Position numbers and translations under genes: made by a program. Under the pieces are notes generated by a model, which searched no databases, was not told the DNA's origin, and saw nothing but the letters and a program-made list of their open reading frames with translations. A stretch of 64,000 bases of DNA from Phycisphaerae bacterium (GTDB lineage Bacteria; Planctomycetota; Phycisphaerae; SM23-33): assembly GCA_049510055.1 (NCBI GenBank), contig JBEKZI010000003.1, positions 10,576 through 74,575 of the forward strand. The letters are read 5' to 3'. Positions 59,905 through 64,000 of this stretch are shown piece by piece. How positions within the stretch are numbered: position 1 is the first letter of the stretch; each line of letters starts with the position of its first letter.

Positions 59905-61617
59905 TCAGCGGCCCGCCCGCCGCATCTTGGCGGCCGTCTCGCCGCCATTCAGCACGTACAGCAGCGGCAGCGACCGGTCCACGCCCTCGATTGAAGCCGG
60001 CCGGGCCTGCCACGGCGTGGCGGACAGAACGCCCGTCAGGTCCATCCAATGCTCCAGCCGCGCCGGCGGCAGGTTCCAGACCATGTGAAAGTGATTGGCG
60101 GGGGCGTACTGCTTGTACTCGGCCATCGTGGCGTACTTGGGCACGACCCACGTGTGCGGCCAGGTGACGTTGGAGGTATTGGCCACCGCCTCGGCCAGCT
60201 TAGCCGGCAGGTCCACGGTGCAAGCCTGGTCCCAGACCAGGCTGAACAGCCCCGTCGGCTCGCTGTAGGCCAGGCGGGCGGCGATCCCCTCGATGCCGCC
60301 GGGCGTGATGAACGTGACGCTGTTGCCGCCGCCGGGGAAGTAATACGGCTCCGCAGGCGGCATCGCGATCCGCCGCATAATCGCCCCGACGCTCTCGCCC
60401 GGCCGGCCGGCCCAGTTCAGACTGGCCGAGCCGGAGTTGTCGCCATCGACGATCCCGCGCTGCGCCCAGAGCTCCTGGCCGCTGAACGTGATCTTCAGCC
60501 GCCGCGCCAGGGCCTGGATTTCCCACGGCTCCCAGACCTTGCGGAAGTCCATGAACAGCGGCGGATTCCCGCCCGACAGCCACGTGCTGAACAGCATCGT
60601 CAGCAGCCCCTGCACGTCGGCCTCGGTGGCGAATGGCATGGCCGGCTTGGCGCCGTTGTGGTCGAAGGTGGAGTTCAGCAGCGACTCCATCGCATCGGCG
60701 ATCGGCAGCGGAATGCCCCGCCGGTCGCTGCCCCACTCCAACTGGTTCATGAACCCCCCGCCGACGGCGTTCAGCTCCGCCAGCAGGTCGCGGACGATCA
60801 GGTACAGCGCCAGCCCCTTGTCGAACCGCTCGCTGTCGGCCGCCGTGGCCACGGTCAGGCGGTCGCCGAGATGGCGGTTCAGCCAGCTGCGGAGTTTCCG
60901 CAGCTCCTTGGCGTCGTAGGCGCCCTTGGCCAGCATGTCGGCCAGGAGTTTCATGTCCAGCCGCGTGATCTCCAGGCCGAAGGTGCGGCGCGTGGGAATC
61001 ACGTGCGCCAAGGCCGTCTCCATGCCCATCGAATCGTGGCCGAAGACGACCACGCGGCGACCCCGCAGCCCCGCACGGGCGAGCGCCGCGTAGCACCAAT
61101 CGACCAGCGCCTTGGCCGTCGCGGCGGTCATTTTGGGCGATTGCCCCGCATCCGGCCAAGTGCCCACGTTCAACGCCGCCAGCCGGCCGCTCTGGGCCAA
61201 GGCGCCGTTGACCGCGTGGGCATAGACCACGCCGGGCTTGGGTCCGCTGTTGCCGCAGGTGATGTTCACCGGCGTCTCGGCGGGCATCTGGCTCAGCAGC
61301 GAGATAAGCGTCAGCTGCGGGAAGGCCCAGGTGTCCGGCGCGCAGACGACGGCGTCCACGCCGGCGGAGGCGAATTGCCGGGCGACGACGTCGGCCTGCT
61401 TCTCGCCGTCGATGAGCACCGGCGACCAGACCACGTTCGCGTCGCCGCCGTCGGGCATCTTCACGCCCGCAGCCACGACGTCGGCGACCATTTCCACGAT
61501 GTTCACCGCCCGCTGCCGCGAGGCCTTGTCGATCCGCGGGTCGCACGTGGCGCAGACGCCGAACGTGACCGCTGATTTTCTGACTCCCCCACCGCTTAGA
61601 CGCTTTGCCTTCGCCAT
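59905..61617 (-). CDS. L-fucose isomerase-family aldose-ketose isomerase
   Basis: Collinear with FucI as recalled: 'FGVCATCDPRID', 'LLNSTFDHNGAKPAMPFATEADVQGLLTML', 'NTSNVTWPHTWVVP', 'ANHFHMVWN'. Confidence 0.8.
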   Translation of the reverse strand: MAKAKRLSGGGVRKSAVTFGVCATCDPRIDKASRQRAVNIVEMVADVVAAGVKMPDGGDANVVWSPVLIDGEKQADVVARQFASAGVDAVVCAPDTWAFPQLTLISLLSQMPAETPVNITCGNSGPKPGVVYAHAVNGALAQSGRLAALNVGTWPDAGQSPKMTAATAKALVDWCYAALARAGLRGRRVVVFGHDSMGMETALAHVIPTRRTFGLEITRLDMKLLADMLAKGAYDAKELRKLRSWLNRHLGDRLTVATAADSERFDKGLALYLIVRDLLAELNAVGGGFMNQLEWGSDRRGIPLPIADAMESLLNSTFDHNGAKPAMPFATEADVQGLLTMLFSTWLSGGNPPLFMDFRKVWEPWEIQALARRLKITFSGQELWAQRGIVDGDNSGSASLNWAGRPGESVGAIMRRIAMPPAEPYYFPGGGNSVTFITPGGIEGIAARLAYSEPTGLFSLVWDQACTVDLPAKLAEAVANTSNVTWPHTWVVPKYATMAEYKQYAPANHFHMVWNLPPARLEHWMDLTGVLSATPWQARPASIEGVDRSLPLLYVLNGGETAAKMRRAGR

Positions 61618-61632
61618 GGCGATTCGTCCTTC

Positions 61633-63105
61633 CTACTTTCGCTCGACCAGCATAGCGTACCGCCCGGCCTTGTCCGCCCACAAGTCACCGTCGGTCGGCT
61701 CGTAGCACGCCAGCGCAAATGAGTTCCGCATGACCTGGTGAATCTCGTCGCGGTCCTTCAGGATACCCAGCGCCACCGCCTGCACCAGGGCGTTGCCAAA
61801 GGCCGTGCATTGGTCCGCCCCGGCATAGAGGGGTACTCGGCAGGCGTTAGCCGTCAGTTGGCACAGCAATGTGTTAGCCGTCCCGCCGCCGACCATGTAG
61901 AGCGCCGTCGGTCGCCGCCCCACCAGCTCGCCGAGGGCGTCCAGCCGCCGCGCATACTCCAAGGCCAGGCTTTCCAGCACGCACCGCACCAGTTCCCCCC
62001 TGCCGGCGGGCGGCGGCTGGCCGCTTTTGCGGAGCCAGGCTAGCAGGGCCTGTTCCATGTCCGCCGGGGCCAGGAACGACGCATCGGCCGCATCCACCAG
62101 CAGGCCGCCTTTGGCCTTGGCGGCCTCCGCCGTCATGCGGACATAGTCCCATGGTTCGGGAGTTTCTTCCCACTTCCGCCGCAGTTGCTGCACCAGCCAC
62201 AGGCCCAGGATGTTCCTGGCCAGGTACCAGCCGCCCAGTGTGTATTCGTTGGTGAAGCCAAGTTCCAGGCATCGCGGCGTGGCCAGGGGGCGGTCGATCA
62301 GGCAGCCCAGGATGCTCCAGGTGCCGCAGCTCAAAAAGGCCCAGTCCCGGCCCTGTCCGGGCAACGCGGCCACGGCTGCGGAGGTGTCGTGCCCGCAGGT
62401 GGCGATGACCGGCACGCCGTCCAGCCCCCCCACTTCCCGACGGATCGTATCGGTCAGCGGGCCAAGGACAGTCCCCGGCTCCACCGGCCGCCCGAACATG
62501 GCCGGCAGCTTGAAGCGTTCGATGATCGCCTTGGCCCATTGGCCATCGATGCCCATGAGGTTGGACGTGTTCAGGATCGACCGCTCATTGGCCCGGACTC
62601 CCGTGAGGAAAAAGTGGAACAGGTCGGGCATGTTCAGGAACGTCCTGGCCGCCTTCAGAAACGGCGAGCCGTCTCGCTGCATGGCCAGGATCTGAAACAG
62701 CGAACTGATCGCCCACGGCTCGTACGCCGTCAGGGCGAAGATTTCCTCCCGGGACATGATGGGGTCGCTATAGGCGTGGATGCCGTCGGTTCGGCCGTCG
62801 CGGTAATGCACGGGATTGCCCAGCAGTTGCCCGTCGCCGTCCAGCAGGCCGAAGTCCACGCCCCAGGTGTCCACGCTGATGCCGGCAATCTTGACGCCCC
62901 TGGCCACCCCTGCTTGCAAGGCCGCCTTCACCCCGGCAAGGAGGTCCGGGAAGTCCCAATACAGTGTCCCGCCCCGCCGCACAGGCTGATTCGGAAAGCG
63001 GTGGACCTCCTCCATCGATACCTTGCCATTGGCGAGGCAGACCAGCTCCCCTCGGCCACTTTCTGCACCCAAGTCAAGTGCCAAAAAGTGGTTACATTCT
63101 TTCAT
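61633..63105 (-). CDS. FGGY-family sugar kinase, rhamnulokinase-like
   Basis: 'ALDLGAESGRGEL', 'EVHRFPN', 'SVDTWGVDFGLLD', 'PVHYRDGRT', 'MVGGGTANTLL' closely parallel RhaB. Confidence 0.75.
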   Translation of the reverse strand: MKECNHFLALDLGAESGRGELVCLANGKVSMEEVHRFPNQPVRRGGTLYWDFPDLLAGVKAALQAGVARGVKIAGISVDTWGVDFGLLDGDGQLLGNPVHYRDGRTDGIHAYSDPIMSREEIFALTAYEPWAISSLFQILAMQRDGSPFLKAARTFLNMPDLFHFFLTGVRANERSILNTSNLMGIDGQWAKAIIERFKLPAMFGRPVEPGTVLGPLTDTIRREVGGLDGVPVIATCGHDTSAAVAALPGQGRDWAFLSCGTWSILGCLIDRPLATPRCLELGFTNEYTLGGWYLARNILGLWLVQQLRRKWEETPEPWDYVRMTAEAAKAKGGLLVDAADASFLAPADMEQALLAWLRKSGQPPPAGRGELVRCVLESLALEYARRLDALGELVGRRPTALYMVGGGTANTLLCQLTANACRVPLYAGADQCTAFGNALVQAVALGILKDRDEIHQVMRNSFALACYEPTDGDLWADKAGRYAMLVERK

Positions 63106-63841
63106 CGTGTTTTTCTCCCCTACCGGACGTCATCAAGGCTTTGATTTCTGAACGGTTCAGGAGGCGGAACTTGCCGATCTTGATTCCCCTGTCGGTAACG
63201 GGGCCGATGGCCGTCCGCTTGAGGCGGCGGGACTTGTGCCCCAGGCGCATCAGCAGCGGCCGAACTTCCCGCCCCGCCGATTCCACCAGCGTGATCTCCA
63301 ACAGCGTTCGGCGGTCGCCGCGGCGGAGCACGCGGACCCTTTTTGCCGCGCTGCGGCGGCCGTCGACGAAAATGCCCGACGTCAGCCGGTCGGCCGTCTT
63401 GCCTTCGATGTGGCCGTCGACCTCGACGAGGTATGTCCGCGGCACGCCGTAGCGTGGATGGCTCAGCCGGTCAGCCATCGCGCCATCGTTGGTCAGCAGG
63501 ACCAGCCCCGTGCTGTCCACGTCCAGGCCGCCCAGGCAGTAGGTCTGCCCCTCCAGGGGTGGCACCAGGTCGTACACTCGCGGGCGGCCGCGGGTGTCGC
63601 GGGCAGCGCAGACGATGCCCTTGGGTTTGTTCAGCAGGATGTAGGTCTTTCTCGCCGACGGCCTGGCCACCGTCTGGCCGTCCACGCGGATGCGATCCGC
63701 GTCGGGATCGACGAAGCACGGCAAGCGATTGACGATCTGGCCGTTGACCTCGACGCGGCCTTCGAGAATCATCTCTTCTACCGCCCGCCGGCTGGCCACC
63801 CCCGCCTCGGCCAGAACTTTTTGGATGCGAATTTTACTCAC
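63092..63841 (-). CDS. Pseudouridine synthase (RsuA/RluB family) with N-terminal S4 domain
   Basis: GTG 63841 gives 'VSKIRIQKVLAEAGVASRR...'. 'ILLNKPKGIVCA', catalytic 'GGLDVDSTGLVLLTNDG'. The GTG overlaps the TGA of the upstream gene (gTGA), so the longer ATG-63901 start is rejected. Confidence 0.75.
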   Translation of the reverse strand: MSKIRIQKVLAEAGVASRRAVEEMILEGRVEVNGQIVNRLPCFVDPDADRIRVDGQTVARPSARKTYILLNKPKGIVCAARDTRGRPRVYDLVPPLEGQTYCLGGLDVDSTGLVLLTNDGAMADRLSHPRYGVPRTYLVEVDGHIEGKTADRLTSGIFVDGRRSAAKRVRVLRRGDRRTLLEITLVESAGREVRPLLMRLGHKSRRLKRTAIGPVTDRGIKIGKFRLLNRSEIKALMTSGRGEKHDERM

Positions 63842-64000
63842 GGGCCCTCCGGTAGCGTGATCTCCAGCCAGGTAGCTGCTCCTTGTACGGACATGGTGCA
63901 ATTCGCCAGGGCCGCCGGCAGCAGGACCGTGTCCCCGGCGGCGACGGGCAAGGCTTCCTCTACGGCACTGGCGTGGTGGATCTCAGCGTGGCCGCTGGCT
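63838..64000 (-). CDS. 3' end of an upstream minus-strand gene (hypothetical; possibly cupin-like), 5'-truncated by the window edge
   Basis: Stop-free frame from 64000 ending '...ANCTMSVQGAATWLEITLPEGP*'. Stop codon (63838-63840) overlaps the rluB start. Confidence 0.3.
   Translation of the reverse strand, partial: ASGHAEIHHASAVEEALPVAAGDTVLLPAALANCTMSVQGAATWLEITLPEGP

Overview
Reading of a 64-kb, high-GC (~65%) bacterial window. Coding density is high and AT-richer DNA is confined to intergenic spacers. The gene content points to the PVC superphylum (Planctomycetota-like): H-X9-DG/GspG-type pseudopilins with 'FTLVELLVV' N-termini and a PEP-CTERM protein. Anammox-like GC is excluded. Layout: (i) a Pho-regulon segment (pstA-pstB-phoU, porin, metallophosphoesterase, arsC) ending at a tRNA-Arg(ACG). 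(ii) A ~16-kb, 14-gene minus-strand operon encoding the complete carbonyl branch of the Wood-Ljungdahl pathway: cooS-cooF, a NuoE/NuoF/HoxU-like flavoprotein trio, acsB, acsC, RACo, cooC, acsD, acsE and three accessory genes, including an orphan phosphotransacetylase N-terminal (BioD-like/DRTGG) protein. A second cooC and fhs are transcribed divergently. (iii) A ~13-kb hybrid type II secretion/type IV pilus operon: two GspE/PilB ATPases, PilT, GspF, three GspG paralogs, GspH/I/J and an 827-aa GspK-like protein. The prepilin leaders are atypical and the proteins carry a highly enriched 'DPN' tripeptide, which also occurs in a distant PEP-CTERM protein. (iv) Housekeeping and accessory genes: arfB-like, TPR, 2-hydroxyacid dehydrogenase, a membrane/Trm112-like/SAM-methyltransferase fusion, BFN nuclease, FG-GAP propeller, valS, cimA/leuA, hisS, HYExAFE, bioB, a FucI-family isomerase, a RhaB-like kinase and rluB. 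No CRISPR array, integrase or transposase was seen. All calls rest on reading the translated ORFs; no database search was possible.
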